Counted from the first letter of the stretch, positions 18,401-28,615 are shown. The stretch is 64,000 bases of DNA from an uncultured Gammaproteobacteria bacterium (GCA_964424615.1 CAYRIU010000046.1:525-64524); one strand, 5' to 3'. Notes: a model not told the origin generated them from the letters alone. Made by a program: numbers and translations.

Positions 18401-20371
18401 ATGAATACAAGTGCCTTAGCTAGACAACTTAAAGTAACTACCAACGAGCTTCTGGAAAAATTACCAGAGCTTGGTTTTGATATAGGCGCCAAAGCCATCA
18501 AGGTCAATGATCATTTGGTCCCCAAAATCATCGATGCTTGGAAAAAGGCTGAGAGAAAAAAAGCCTTCAAAGAAAGTCAATCCAGTATCACTGAGATCCG
18601 CACCAAAGATCAGACTACTCCTCTCCAGCAAAAAGAAGTCACTATCGGTGATACTATTGTGGTCAAAGACATGGCTGAGCTGATGAAGATACCAGTCGCT
18701 CGTCTGATGGGTGAGCTGATGAAAAATGGTGTCATGGTCTCTCTCAATGAAAAAGTAGATTTTGATACAGCTACTATCATCGCTGAAGATCTAGGTTTCA
18801 AAGTAGTCAGGAGTAATGCCATTGCTGAAGAAGAGTCAAACAATAAAGAAAAACTCATTCAACTACTATCCACTCGCCAAGCTTCTGATGCCAAAGCTCC
18901 AGTCGTTGTAGTCATGGGCCATGTCGATCATGGTAAGACCAAGCTCCTTGATGCTATCCGCTCGACCAATGTCGTAGCCCAAGAAGCTGGCGGTATCACT
19001 CAGCACATCGGTGCCTACCAAATAGTCGCTCATGATAGACCTATTACTTTTTTGGATACTCCTGGACATGAAGCTTTCAAAGCTATGCGCTCTCGTGGTG
19101 GCCAAGTCGCTGATATCGCTATCCTAGTAGTAGCTGCTGACGATGGCCTCCAGCCACAGACTCTAGAAAGTATTGCTGTCATCCAAAAAGAAAATCTCCC
19201 ATTCATCATCGCTATCAATAAGATAGACAAAGAAGGTGCTGATATCGACCGTCTCAAACAACAACTAGTCGAAATCAATCTGACACCAGAAGACTGGGGT
19301 GGCAAAGTCATCTGTCAGCCAATCTCTGCTTTGAAAAAAGAAGGTATCTCCGAGCTACTAGACATGATACTTTTGATCGCTGATATGGAGAATCTCAAGG
19401 CCGATGCCAAGGGACCAGCTATCGGTACTATCATCGAGTCTCACCTAGATCCAGGCGAGGGACCAGTGGCTACAGTAGTAGTCCAAGCTGGTACTTTGAA
19501 AATTGGTGATATGATCGTCGTCGGCCAAGTACCGGGCAAGATCAAAATGCTCAAAGACTGGAAAGGCCAAAACAAAAACTCAGCTGGACCAGCTACTCCT
19601 ATCAAAATCCTAGGTCTCAGACAACTGCCACAGATCGGTGAAATCCTAGAAGTGATTGTCGACAAAAAAGAATACAACAACAAAATCAAAAATATCGACA
19701 GCAACTTCCGTCCAGCCGGTATCAACAACAGCCAAAACAACAACAAGAACGAAATCGGCGAAGAAGACGCTACTATCTTACGCCTCTTCATCAAGTCGGA
19801 TGTATTAGGATCTGCTGAAGCTATAGAAGAATCTCTAGGCAAAATATCAGTCTCCGGTGCCAAGATACAAGTAGTCAAAAAGGGCTTGGGCCTCTTCAAT
19901 GAAGCTGACATCCTCAATGCTGCTGCTCAAGGTGCTCTACTAGTAGGCTTCCATATCAAAGAAAACAAAAACATCGTCAGTCTCGCCCAAGAAAAAGGCG
20001 TCACTGTCCTCTACTTTGATGTCATCTACAAGCTACTAGAAGATATAGAAAAACGATTGATCACCATCAAAGCCAAAAAGACCGTCCACAAGATCATTGG
20101 CAAGATGGAAGTCTTGGCCATATTCAAGTCACTGAAAAACAGCATGATAGTCGGTGGTAAGATAGTCGAAGGCATGATCACCAAAAAATGTGGGGTCAAA
20201 GTCATGAAAAATGGTGAGATGGAAGCCATCGGTAAAATAATCGAGCTCCAATCAGGAAAACAAGCTATGAATGAAGTGGTGGCTGGCAATGAAGCTGGTA
20301 TCGAGTACCAAGGTGATCCCATCATTGCTGTCGGCGATACTTTAGAATTTTTTGAAGAGACCTATGAGTAA
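18401..20371 (+). CDS. infB: translation initiation factor IF-2
   Basis: GHVDHGKT, DTPGHEAF and NKID. Confidence 0.97.
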   Translation: MNTSALARQLKVTTNELLEKLPELGFDIGAKAIKVNDHLVPKIIDAWKKAERKKAFKESQSSITEIRTKDQTTPLQQKEVTIGDTIVVKDMAELMKIPVARLMGELMKNGVMVSLNEKVDFDTATIIAEDLGFKVVRSNAIAEEESNNKEKLIQLLSTRQASDAKAPVVVVMGHVDHGKTKLLDAIRSTNVVAQEAGGITQHIGAYQIVAHDRPITFLDTPGHEAFKAMRSRGGQVADIAILVVAADDGLQPQTLESIAVIQKENLPFIIAINKIDKEGADIDRLKQQLVEINLTPEDWGGKVICQPISALKKEGISELLDMILLIADMENLKADAKGPAIGTIIESHLDPGEGPVATVVVQAGTLKIGDMIVVGQVPGKIKMLKDWKGQNKNSAGPATPIKILGLRQLPQIGEILEVIVDKKEYNNKIKNIDSNFRPAGINNSQNNNKNEIGEEDATILRLFIKSDVLGSAEAIEESLGKISVSGAKIQVVKKGLGLFNEADILNAAAQGALLVGFHIKENKNIVSLAQEKGVTVLYFDVIYKLLEDIEKRLITIKAKKTVHKIIGKMEVLAIFKSLKNSMIVGGKIVEGMITKKCGVKVMKNGEMEAIGKIIELQSGKQAMNEVVAGNEAGIEYQGDPIIAVGDTLEFFEETYE

Positions 20372-20690
20372 GCGTCCCGCCCAAGTAGCTGAATACTTGC
20401 GTCAACAAATCAACAACATCATCCTCCGTGACTTCGAGCCACCTATGGGTACATTGATATCTGTCACTGAGGTCACTATCTCTCCGGATCTCAAAAACGC
20501 TACTGCCTATGTCAGTATCATCCCGACCAATCATCTTGGCTCTGGTCTACAAGCTATCAAAAGATTTGCTGGTCATATCCAAAAAGAAGTTGGTCGCAAT
20601 CTGACTATGCGTGGCACTCCTCATATAGACTTTCTGCTCGATGAGAGAGATATAAAGTATGGGAAGATTGATGAAGCCTTGAAACAATAA
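20364..20690 (+). CDS. rbfA: ribosome-binding factor A
   Basis: SVTEVTISPDLKNATAYVS; follows infB. Confidence 0.92.
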   Translation: MSKRPAQVAEYLRQQINNIILRDFEPPMGTLISVTEVTISPDLKNATAYVSIIPTNHLGSGLQAIKRFAGHIQKEVGRNLTMRGTPHIDFLLDERDIKYGKIDEALKQ

Positions 20691-20692
20691 AT

Positions 20693-20754
20693 ATACCCCC
20701 CTCTTTTTCTCCCCCTAAATTAGGGGGAGATGTCCGCTAAGGACAGTGGGGATA
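20693..20754. repeat. REP-like palindromic element, copy 1
   Basis: ctccccctaaattagggggag core; near-identical reverse complement of 33810-33869. Confidence 0.85.
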
Positions 20755-20884
20755 ATAAAAAAACACTCCAGGAAATTGTAGTGTTTTTTTCTTGAAATTA
20801 ATATGCTTGACAATTGATGCTTATTTGTTTAGGATTATTTTGTTTTCCTGGCACTAGATAATCTTGACTCAAGGAGGACACACC

Positions 20885-21073
20885 GTGAACAAAAAAAAGA
20901 GACAACGCCCACGGCGTAAACATCTTGGCCGAGTGTCACCTGGCAAGCGAGCCATCAAGTTGGCGAGACGCTTAGCTAAGCGTCAATTGGCAAATGAGAA
21001 GTTGGCCAACACCATGACCACCAGACGACGCGCGGAAGCCTACCTCAAAACCCGCGATGACGGGTTTGCGTAG
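20885..21073 (+). CDS. small highly basic orphan protein
   Basis: AGGAGG RBS, GTG start, TTGACA promoter upstream, terminator at about 21100-21148. Confidence 0.6.
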   Translation: MNKKKRQRPRRKHLGRVSPGKRAIKLARRLAKRQLANEKLANTMTTRRRAEAYLKTRDDGFA

Positions 21074-21238
21074 CCCTATCGGCGTCACATAGACGCTTTC
21101 TGCCTCTTCAAGATACCTCCAATGGTACTATAGAGGCAGATTTTTTTCTAAAAAATTATTAGTCAAAAAACACCCCAGAAAATTGGAGTGTTTTTTTGAT
21201 TTAAAAAATATGCAGGGATTAATACATAGATAAAATAT

Positions 21239-23077
21239 TTATGATTGTAATTTTATTTCAATTTGTTCCACTAATTTTTTCAACGATGGGAAATTTTCTT
21301 CAAAGGCACTTTTACTTGGAGAAAAATCGTCTGATATTTTATTTTTAAATTTTTCTATAATTATTTCATTAAATTTATTTTCTTTCTTTAGAAAAATTTT
21401 TATTTGCTCAATAAATGGAGCATCTGTTAACATTATCACACAGTCATCTAAAAACTCCTCTTTATAAAATTCTTTGAATTTGCTTTCTACAAAATCTTTT
21501 TCTAATAAATCTTCTATAGTACCTTCGTTCTTAAAGCTAGCTACTAAATCTCTAATGGTAAAAACAGAATTTTTATCATAAACGCCGGCAATTTTTAGAA
21601 TTTTATCCCTATATCCTTTTCCCTCCAAATCATCGTCAGTTACTACTAAAATTTTTATATCATCATAATTAAATTTAGTAGCAATTTGAACAATATTACT
21701 ACCAATTCCATTAGTAATACCGAATTGCAATCCTTTTAAATGCAATGATTTTTGTAATATTATTTTATCAGACTGCCCCTCAACAAGAATCCTGTGTGGT
21801 ATCAACAAATCTTTATAAACATTTATGCCAAATGCCAACTCCAATACTTCGTCATCCCTAAGATCCTCTTCACTTCTTATTTCTTTTTTTTCGGTTATTG
21901 CCGCATTATTTTTTCTAATAATTATATTTCTTTCTTTGGTTTTTTGATCTACTAAAAATGGGGAATGAGTAGAAATAAATACATAATTATCTTTACCTAT
22001 ACTTAATAACTGCTCTTTTAAATCCCTAATACCCGATGGATGTAGATGTGCCTCTGGTTCGTCGATGATAATTAGTTTATCTTTTTTCCTAAACTTTTCA
22101 GTTTCTATAGATAAGGACAAAATTAAAGACATAAACTGTTTGAAACCCTCACTTCTTACATTCATTTTATAAAAATTATGTTCATTTTTTTTACCATCAT
22201 CTACTATTGAGACATTACATTTCTTACTATCCGTTATTTCTATATCGATTTTAATTTTATGTTTCCATTTATTATTGATGTATTTTGTAGCCTCATCTGA
22301 CAGTGTTGTGCTCAGTTTTCTTCTTAAATTAAAATCCGAAGTACTGTCTATTTCTTTTTTTATCTTATCTTCCGTGTCATACCCAGCTAAAGCAAAAATG
22401 TTTTTAAGTGGTTTATTTTTATTTACATCTGCTTTAAATTCTTCTAAATTAACCTCCGTAATTAAATATTCGTCAGATGGCTTCCAAAAAGATGTCTGTG
22501 GTTCATACTTCTGAATTATGTCAATAATTTTATTTTCAAAATATTCTTTAAACACATCTTTTGTAAACTCTACATATGTATTCTGAATATCATTAAATTT
22601 ACTAACCTCATAAGACTTACTATTTATATTTTGACCATCAACATTATTAGTTATTAATTCTTTAATAAATATATTCTCCGTTATTTCCTCTATATTGAAA
22701 GTATATTCTACTTCAAAATGGTTTGCTCCTTCCTGCAAATACACATGCTTAACAATACTATTAATTTTAAAATTAAAAATTTTATCATTTAATATTTCTT
22801 TTTTTATTAAACTAGAATATGTTTCTACTTGTTCAAAACTTAAATAAAACCATAAATCAATGGGTTTTTTCTGTTCATCTTTTTGATTATGCATGTCATT
22901 ATAATCAAATTCTTCGTTAGGAACATTAAAAAAAGACATAGCCTGTAAAATATTACTTTTACCAGACTCATTAATTCCTAAAAACATGGTAGTATAACTA
23001 TTACCGTATTTCTTTACATCAAACTCAATATGTTGAATTGATTTAAAATTCTCAATAATAATTTTTGTAATCTTCAT
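21239..23077 (-). CDS. OLD-family ABC-ATPase + TOPRIM nuclease (defence-like)
   Basis: IENFKSI, Walker A GINESGKS, SEG signature, DEPEAHLHP, STHSP; TOPRIM VEGQSD...DDD; very AT-rich. Confidence 0.85.
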   Translation of the reverse strand: MKITKIIIENFKSIQHIEFDVKKYGNSYTTMFLGINESGKSNILQAMSFFNVPNEEFDYNDMHNQKDEQKKPIDLWFYLSFEQVETYSSLIKKEILNDKIFNFKINSIVKHVYLQEGANHFEVEYTFNIEEITENIFIKELITNNVDGQNINSKSYEVSKFNDIQNTYVEFTKDVFKEYFENKIIDIIQKYEPQTSFWKPSDEYLITEVNLEEFKADVNKNKPLKNIFALAGYDTEDKIKKEIDSTSDFNLRRKLSTTLSDEATKYINNKWKHKIKIDIEITDSKKCNVSIVDDGKKNEHNFYKMNVRSEGFKQFMSLILSLSIETEKFRKKDKLIIIDEPEAHLHPSGIRDLKEQLLSIGKDNYVFISTHSPFLVDQKTKERNIIIRKNNAAITEKKEIRSEEDLRDDEVLELAFGINVYKDLLIPHRILVEGQSDKIILQKSLHLKGLQFGITNGIGSNIVQIATKFNYDDIKILVVTDDDLEGKGYRDKILKIAGVYDKNSVFTIRDLVASFKNEGTIEDLLEKDFVESKFKEFYKEEFLDDCVIMLTDAPFIEQIKIFLKKENKFNEIIIEKFKNKISDDFSPSKSAFEENFPSLKKLVEQIEIKLQS

Positions 23078-23296
23078 AATTTTATTAATTTATTACGCGT
23101 GGTGCCCTATGCCCACATCTTAAAAAGACAACATGCTTTGATTTATAAAATAATCGCTATCAAATAAAAAATAAGCAAAGCCGTATTCCCAACTAACAAT
23201 GTATCTTTATACCTACTGCCATCTTACTCCCAATACAAAAAAAGACAATATATGACGTAAATAGTATATAGGACGAAAGACGCCGAATGTTTCTAT

Positions 23297-23398
23297 CGTC
23301 ATTGCGAGCGAACGCAGTGAGCGCGGCAATCTACCAACTTATAGATTGCTTCGTCTCCGCCATCCGCCCACTGGCGGAGGCGGATCCTCGCAATGACG
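23297..23398. repeat. GTCATTGCGAG...CTCGCAATGAC palindromic element with a nested hairpin
   Basis: Terminal inverted repeat cgtcattgcgag/ctcgcaatgacg; internal gcaatcta/tagattgc; nested 29-mer at 23356-23384. Confidence 0.85.
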
Positions 23399-23428
23399 GT
23401 AAATAGACTAGGCGTCTTTCCTTTAATA

Positions 23429-23457
23429 TTGACTCTCCCGCAATCTCAGGCTATAAT
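23429..23457 (+). promoter_or_regulatory. sigma70 promoter, near-leaderless nrnA mRNA
   Basis: TTGACT-17-TATAAT, 8 nt before the ATG. Confidence 0.7.
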
Positions 23458-23465
23458 ACTCGGCT

Positions 23466-24428
23466 ATGTTGAATTACCATAACATCAGTCAATCTATACT
23501 ACAGGAGATAAAAAAAGCTGAAAAAATCTTGATCATCTCCCACCAAAAGCCCGATGGTGACACCCTAGGGGCGAATTTAGCTTTGCGCAAATATCTCTCC
23601 AATATAGGTAAGGATGTTCACTCTTTTTGTGATAGCGATATACCTGACTATTTAAAATTCTTGCCCGGCAGTCATCTAGTCACTAGCGACCATCTACTTT
23701 TTACCAAAAAATTTGATCTAGTCATCACTGTGGACTGCGCTACTATAGAGCTGACTGCTGCTCAGCATCTGCTGGCAGTCATGCCCCAGCATCTACTCAT
23801 CAATATAGATCACCATAGCTCCAATCCTGAGTACGCTGATATCAATCTCGTCCTGACTGAGGCATCATCTACTGCTGAGGTCATCTACAGACTACTCGAT
23901 GATTGGCAGGCGACTTTTGATCAAGAGATAGCGACCAACCTCGCCTGTGGTCTGATCACTGATACTGGTGGTTTCAAAAATCCAGCTACTAGCTACAGCT
24001 CACTAAATATTGCAGCTAGGCTATTTGACCACGGTGCCAATCTACACCAGCTATTAAAGATCACCAATCGCGGACAAAATATCGACCATCTCATCCTCTG
24101 GGGCAGGGCTCTCGAGCGTCTCCAAAAAGTAGACAAGTACAATTTGGTTTTTACCTACCTGACTCAAGACGATCTAGCCGAGACCAACAATGACGAATCA
24201 GCCATCGGTGGCATTTCCAATTTTTTACATATCTTGAAAGAAGGAAAAATCATATTGGTCCTGACTGAGACAAAAAATAATCTGATCAAAGGATCACTAC
24301 GCACAACTTCTGAAATAGATGTTGCCAAAATAGCTCAACTGTTTGGCGGTGGTGGCCACAAAAAAGCTGCTGGCTTTTCCTTGCCAGGCAAGCTGGTATG
24401 TGATAATAATAAATTGAAAGTGGTATAA
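23466..24428 (+). CDS. nrnA: DHH/DHHA1 oligoribonuclease / pAp phosphatase
   Basis: HQKPDGD, VDC, IDHH, TDTGGF and GGGGHKKAAG. Confidence 0.9.
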   Translation: MLNYHNISQSILQEIKKAEKILIISHQKPDGDTLGANLALRKYLSNIGKDVHSFCDSDIPDYLKFLPGSHLVTSDHLLFTKKFDLVITVDCATIELTAAQHLLAVMPQHLLINIDHHSSNPEYADINLVLTEASSTAEVIYRLLDDWQATFDQEIATNLACGLITDTGGFKNPATSYSSLNIAARLFDHGANLHQLLKITNRGQNIDHLILWGRALERLQKVDKYNLVFTYLTQDDLAETNNDESAIGGISNFLHILKEGKIILVLTETKNNLIKGSLRTTSEIDVAKIAQLFGGGGHKKAAGFSLPGKLVCDNNKLKVV

Positions 24429-24433
24429 ACCAC

Positions 24434-24459
24434 TGTCATCCCGAACTTGTTTCGGGATC
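24434..24459. repeat. short REP-like hairpin TGTCATCCCGAACTTGTTTCGGGATC
   Basis: atcccgaa-cttgt-ttcgggat hairpin with a GTCAT foot. Confidence 0.55.
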
Positions 24460-24494
24460 CCAATTAAATACCTGATAATAAAAATAATACTCAT

Positions 24495-25067
24495 ATGTTA
24501 ATACCTACAGTAATAGAAAAAGTCCAAGGTGGCGAAAGAGCTTATGATATCTACTCTCGCCTCTTGAAAGATCGCATCATATTTTTGGGTGATGCTATCG
24601 ATGATCATATTGCCAACCTAGTAATTGCTCAGCTACTTTTCCTCGATGCTCAGGACAATACTCGCCCAATCAAGATGTATATCAATTCACCTGGTGGCTC
24701 AGTCACTGATGGCCTGGCTATCTATGACACTATGCAGCATATCAAGAGTCCAGTCTCTACTATCGCTGTGGGGCTAGCTGCTTCTATGGGCGCCTTGCTG
24801 CTATCTGGTGGCGCCAAGGGTCAGAGATTTGCTTTGCCCAACTCCGAGATACTCCTACACCAAGTCATGGGCGGCGCCCAAGGCCAAGCATCGGATATCA
24901 AAATCAAAGCAGAACAAATTTTGAAGCTCAAAGATAGACTCAACCAAATCTTACACAAACACACTGGACAGCCATTGAAAAAAATAGAAGTCGATACTGA
25001 TCGCGACTACTACATGACTCCCGATGAAGCCAAAAATTATGGCGTCATTGATAAGATCATAAAATGA
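24495..25067 (+). CDS. clpP: ATP-dependent Clp protease proteolytic subunit
   Basis: [25 protein letters not shown] and HQ. Confidence 0.97.
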   Translation: MLIPTVIEKVQGGERAYDIYSRLLKDRIIFLGDAIDDHIANLVIAQLLFLDAQDNTRPIKMYINSPGGSVTDGLAIYDTMQHIKSPVSTIAVGLAASMGALLLSGGAKGQRFALPNSEILLHQVMGGAQGQASDIKIKAEQILKLKDRLNQILHKHTGQPLKKIEVDTDRDYYMTPDEAKNYGVIDKIIK

Positions 25068-25379
25068 GGTTCAAATAAAACTTAAAAAATTCATCCGCCT
25101 TTGGCGGATATTTTATCCACAACAAAGAGATTATTCACTTTTGAAATTATTTGTGCTATTATTTTTCACAAGGTGAGTTTTGAGGATCAAAACATCCTCA
25201 TTTCTAAATTCTCATCCCTAAGACCATCGGTGTATAGCACCATTCATAGCCGAAAGACTTTGGACAATGCTATGCTTAAGCCGATGGTCTTTGTTTTGAA
25301 ATAAAAAAAGAGCGGCGCCTCCTACACCGAAGTGTAATGGATGGCGCCGCTTCTGGTCAGCCAGTAGCAGTGTGTGCTA

Positions 25380-25940
25380 CTAGCTGATCAACTTGCGCTT
25401 GGCGATGATGTTGTGTTCACCGCGAAACTCGAAGACCACTGCCTCCAGAATGTCCAGGGTATGGACATCGCGAAGACCGCAGAGATACGCGGCCAGAATG
25501 ATGAAGGAGCTGTGAAAGACACCAACTCCCATCTCGCCGTCCTCCATGCAGGAGAACATCTGGTGAATGGCCCCCATGGCCTCGACTTCGAAGACGTGCT
25601 GTGCATCGCAGTCGTGAGAAGCCGTGAAAGCCTCCATGACCGAAACGCCGCCAGCGATCAGATCTTCGAACTTCTCGTTGTGCAAGTGCATCAGGGCAGC
25701 ATCGCTACCCAAGCCATCGATCACGGGATGACGACAGCTCTGCGAGAAGGCCGGATTCTCGACCACCATGACCGCAGCTGTCTCGATAGTCGCCACCAGA
25801 GGCGACGTGAAAATGTGCTGCACCATCTGGTTGCGATGATGGAAGGCTCCAAAGCCATGAGCCATATCCAGGCCCATGGTGGAAATGTGCCGACCGTCCT
25901 CAGCCAGCTCGGAGTGAACGTGCAGAGTCAAGATTTTCAC
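25380..25940 (-). CDS. histidine-phosphatase-fold protein, degenerate
   Basis: HVHS in place of RHG, FTSPLVATIETA, VFHS; GGAGG RBS; TTGACA promoter and terminator at about 25306-25352. Confidence 0.55.
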   Translation of the reverse strand: MKILTLHVHSELAEDGRHISTMGLDMAHGFGAFHHRNQMVQHIFTSPLVATIETAAVMVVENPAFSQSCRHPVIDGLGSDAALMHLHNEKFEDLIAGGVSVMEAFTASHDCDAQHVFEVEAMGAIHQMFSCMEDGEMGVGVFHSSFIILAAYLCGLRDVHTLDILEAVVFEFRGEHNIIAKRKLIS

Positions 25941-26151
25941 AGAAATCCTCCGTGTTTACTGTCCATGCCCACCCTAGATTACTAGGGATCCAAGTCGTCA
26001 ATGACTCAGAATTGAGTATTATATGACATTTATGCTATTTTGTCAATACTAGAATTCAAACTCCCTTGATTGACTTTTTACCCAATATTAGGTATAATGC
26101 TAGATGAGAGTAGAAATATTCTCACTTATTTAAATACCATTTTAATAATAA

Positions 26152-26300
26152 TTTACTGTTTTCAAGTTCAATCAAGATTATATTGAACCAACAAGTGCCT
26201 AATCTTCCAATGGAATTAAAATTATCTGATAAAAATTTAATAACATTCAGCAAGCTCAATCACTTGCTCAGGTTTTTTATCGCCTCTACAAAACAGTAAA
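26152..26300 (+). ncRNA. candidate 6S RNA upstream of rny
   Basis: TTGACT-17-TATAAT promoter; closing helix TTTACTGTTTT/AAAACAGTAAA; inner GAACC/GGTTT and CAAGTG/CACTTG helices around bubbles. Confidence 0.45.
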
Positions 26301-26316
26301 CTGGAAAGTTTAATTT

Positions 26317-27831
26317 ATGGACATTATTTTGTCAGTCGTCGCCCTAATTATAGGCGTAGTTTTTGGCTATATTATAAAAAAATTACTCAGTAGCCAAAAC
26401 ATCAATTCAGCCGAAAAAAAAGCTGAGAGCATCATCGCTGATGCCAAGCAAAAGCAAAAAGATTTGCTCCTAGAGGCCAACAACAAGGCTCTAGCCCTCA
26501 TCGAAGAGTCAAAGACCGAAGAGCGTGATCGTCGCCGTCAAATGCAAGATTTGGAAAATCGCTTGACCAAACGCGAAAGTATGTTTGACCGCAAAATCAT
26601 GGAATTTGAGGATAGCAAACAAAAACTAGAACATAGCCAAAAACAAGTCGAGGCTAGTCGTGAAGAAATCAAAAAAATCAAAGCTGATCAAATAGAGAAA
26701 TTAGAAAAAATTGCTCAATTGACCAAAGATGAAGCTCGTGATGTCCTGCTCAACAATACTGAGCTGCGTATGAAAGACGAGCTACTTCATCGTATCCGCA
26801 AATTAGAAAATGAAGCTCAAGAAGAGCTAGAAGAGCGTGCCAAAAAATTACTCACCTCTGTCATTGAGCGTGTGGCTGCTCCTCATACTGTCGAGACTAC
26901 TACCACTTCTGTTACTTTACCAAACGAAGAAATGAAAGGCCGCATCATCGGTCGTGAAGGTAGAAATATCAAAACCATAGAGCAACTCACTGGTGTCGAA
27001 ATCATCATCGATGACACACCAGAAACTATATTGGTCTCCGCTTTCAATCCTATCCGTAGACAGCTAGCCAAGCGCTCTCTGGAGAAGCTGATGGCTGATG
27101 GTCGTATTCATCCGGGTCGTATCGAAGAAGCTATCGCCCAAGCCAAAAAAGACTTGGCTCTAGATATCAAAAAAGCTGGTGAAGATGCTGCCTATCAGGC
27201 TGGCATCATAGGTCTGGATAGCAAATTATTACAAATCCTTGGTCGCTTGAAATATAGAACTAGCTATGGCCAAAACCAATTACAACATGCCTTAGAAGTA
27301 TCTACCTTGGCAGGACTACTCGCTGCTGAGCTAGGTGCTGATGTCAATATTTGTAAAAAGGGTGGCTTGCTCCATGATATTGGCAAGGCTCTAGATCATG
27401 AAATCCAAGGCTCTCATCCAGAGATTGGCTATGACCTTTTGAAAAAATTTGGTCTACCAGAAGAGGTAGCCTATATGTCAACAGCCCATCACGAAGACCA
27501 ACCAAAAACTCTAGAAGGCATCATAGTCAAAATTGCTGACGCCATCTCAGGTTCCAGACCTGGCGCTCGTCGCGATTCATTCGAAAACTATATCCAACGT
27601 TTGACTGAGCTTGAAGACACTGCCAAAACTTTTCCTGGCGTGGAAAAGGTCTATGCCATCCAAGCTGGCCGTGAGATCAGAGTCTTTGTCTCACCAGATG
27701 AGATTGATGACTACAAAGCTACAATTTTGGCTCGCGATATTGCTAACAAAATAGAAACTGAGCTAAAATACCCAGGTGAGATCAGGGTGACAGTCATCCG
27801 TGAAAAAAGAGTAACCGAATATGCCAGATAA
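26317..27831 (+). CDS. rny: ribonuclease Y
   Basis: N-terminal TM, coiled coil, KH (GRIIGREGRNI) and HD (LLHDIGK). Confidence 0.97.
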   Translation: MDIILSVVALIIGVVFGYIIKKLLSSQNINSAEKKAESIIADAKQKQKDLLLEANNKALALIEESKTEERDRRRQMQDLENRLTKRESMFDRKIMEFEDSKQKLEHSQKQVEASREEIKKIKADQIEKLEKIAQLTKDEARDVLLNNTELRMKDELLHRIRKLENEAQEELEERAKKLLTSVIERVAAPHTVETTTTSVTLPNEEMKGRIIGREGRNIKTIEQLTGVEIIIDDTPETILVSAFNPIRRQLAKRSLEKLMADGRIHPGRIEEAIAQAKKDLALDIKKAGEDAAYQAGIIGLDSKLLQILGRLKYRTSYGQNQLQHALEVSTLAGLLAAELGADVNICKKGGLLHDIGKALDHEIQGSHPEIGYDLLKKFGLPEEVAYMSTAHHEDQPKTLEGIIVKIADAISGSRPGARRDSFENYIQRLTELEDTAKTFPGVEKVYAIQAGREIRVFVSPDEIDDYKATILARDIANKIETELKYPGEIRVTVIREKRVTEYAR

Positions 27832-28615
27832 TAAAATAAAAATATTATTTTTTGGTGATGTGGTGGGCTCTATTGGTCGCCAAGGCATCAAAAATATATT
27901 ACCCATTTGGCGTAAAAAATATCAGCCTGATTTAGTCATAGCCAATATCGAAAATCTAGCTCATGGCTCAGGTCTGACTCAAAAAACAGTAGAAGATATA
28001 CAAGACCTAGGTATCCAAATATACACTGGTGGCAATCATATCTGGCGCAAAGAAGATTTGTCTAATTTTCTCAATCTCAAGATCGCCACTCCTATCAATG
28101 ATATCCGCACTCTACCAGAGCATCGCTACCAAAAGATAGAGACCAAAGGTGCTGGTATCACTGTCGTCAATCTCATGGCTGATAGCCTAAACAAAGACGA
28201 GACCGTGAGCAACCCTTTTACTCTGATGCAAGATTTGCTACCAGAGCTAGCCGACCAAATCATCATAGTCGACATCCACGCTGAGTTTACTAGTGAAAAA
28301 AGAGGCATGGGCTTTTTGCTAGATGGCAAAGCTAGCGCTGTCATTGGGACGCATACTCATGTACCAACTGCCGATGCTCAGATATTGCCCGGTGGTACTG
28401 GCTACATCACTGATGTCGGTATGGTAGGTGCTTTCCAATCCAGCCTAGGCATCGACAAAGACTTGATGCTACAAAAATTCTTGACTGGTGAAAAAATAAC
28501 TCATGAACTACCAGAACCTAGTCAAATCGAGATAAATGCTTTATTATTAGAAGTAGATAAAAGCAGTAAAAAAACTACCCAGATAGAGCATTTGCGAGAA
28601 ATAATTTCTGCCTAA
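27821..28615 (+). CDS. ymdB: YmdB-family metallophosphoesterase
   Basis: GDVVG, GNH, DIHAEFTSEK and GTHTHV; follows rny. Confidence 0.92.
   Translation: MPDNKIKILFFGDVVGSIGRQGIKNILPIWRKKYQPDLVIANIENLAHGSGLTQKTVEDIQDLGIQIYTGGNHIWRKEDLSNFLNLKIATPINDIRTLPEHRYQKIETKGAGITVVNLMADSLNKDETVSNPFTLMQDLLPELADQIIIVDIHAEFTSEKRGMGFLLDGKASAVIGTHTHVPTADAQILPGGTGYITDVGMVGAFQSSLGIDKDLMLQKFLTGEKITHELPEPSQIEINALLLEVDKSSKKTTQIEHLREIISA

Noticed and set aside
25374-25985. 203-aa plus-strand ORF
   Set aside because: Antisense shadow of the GC-richer minus-strand gene, which has the RBS, promoter and terminator
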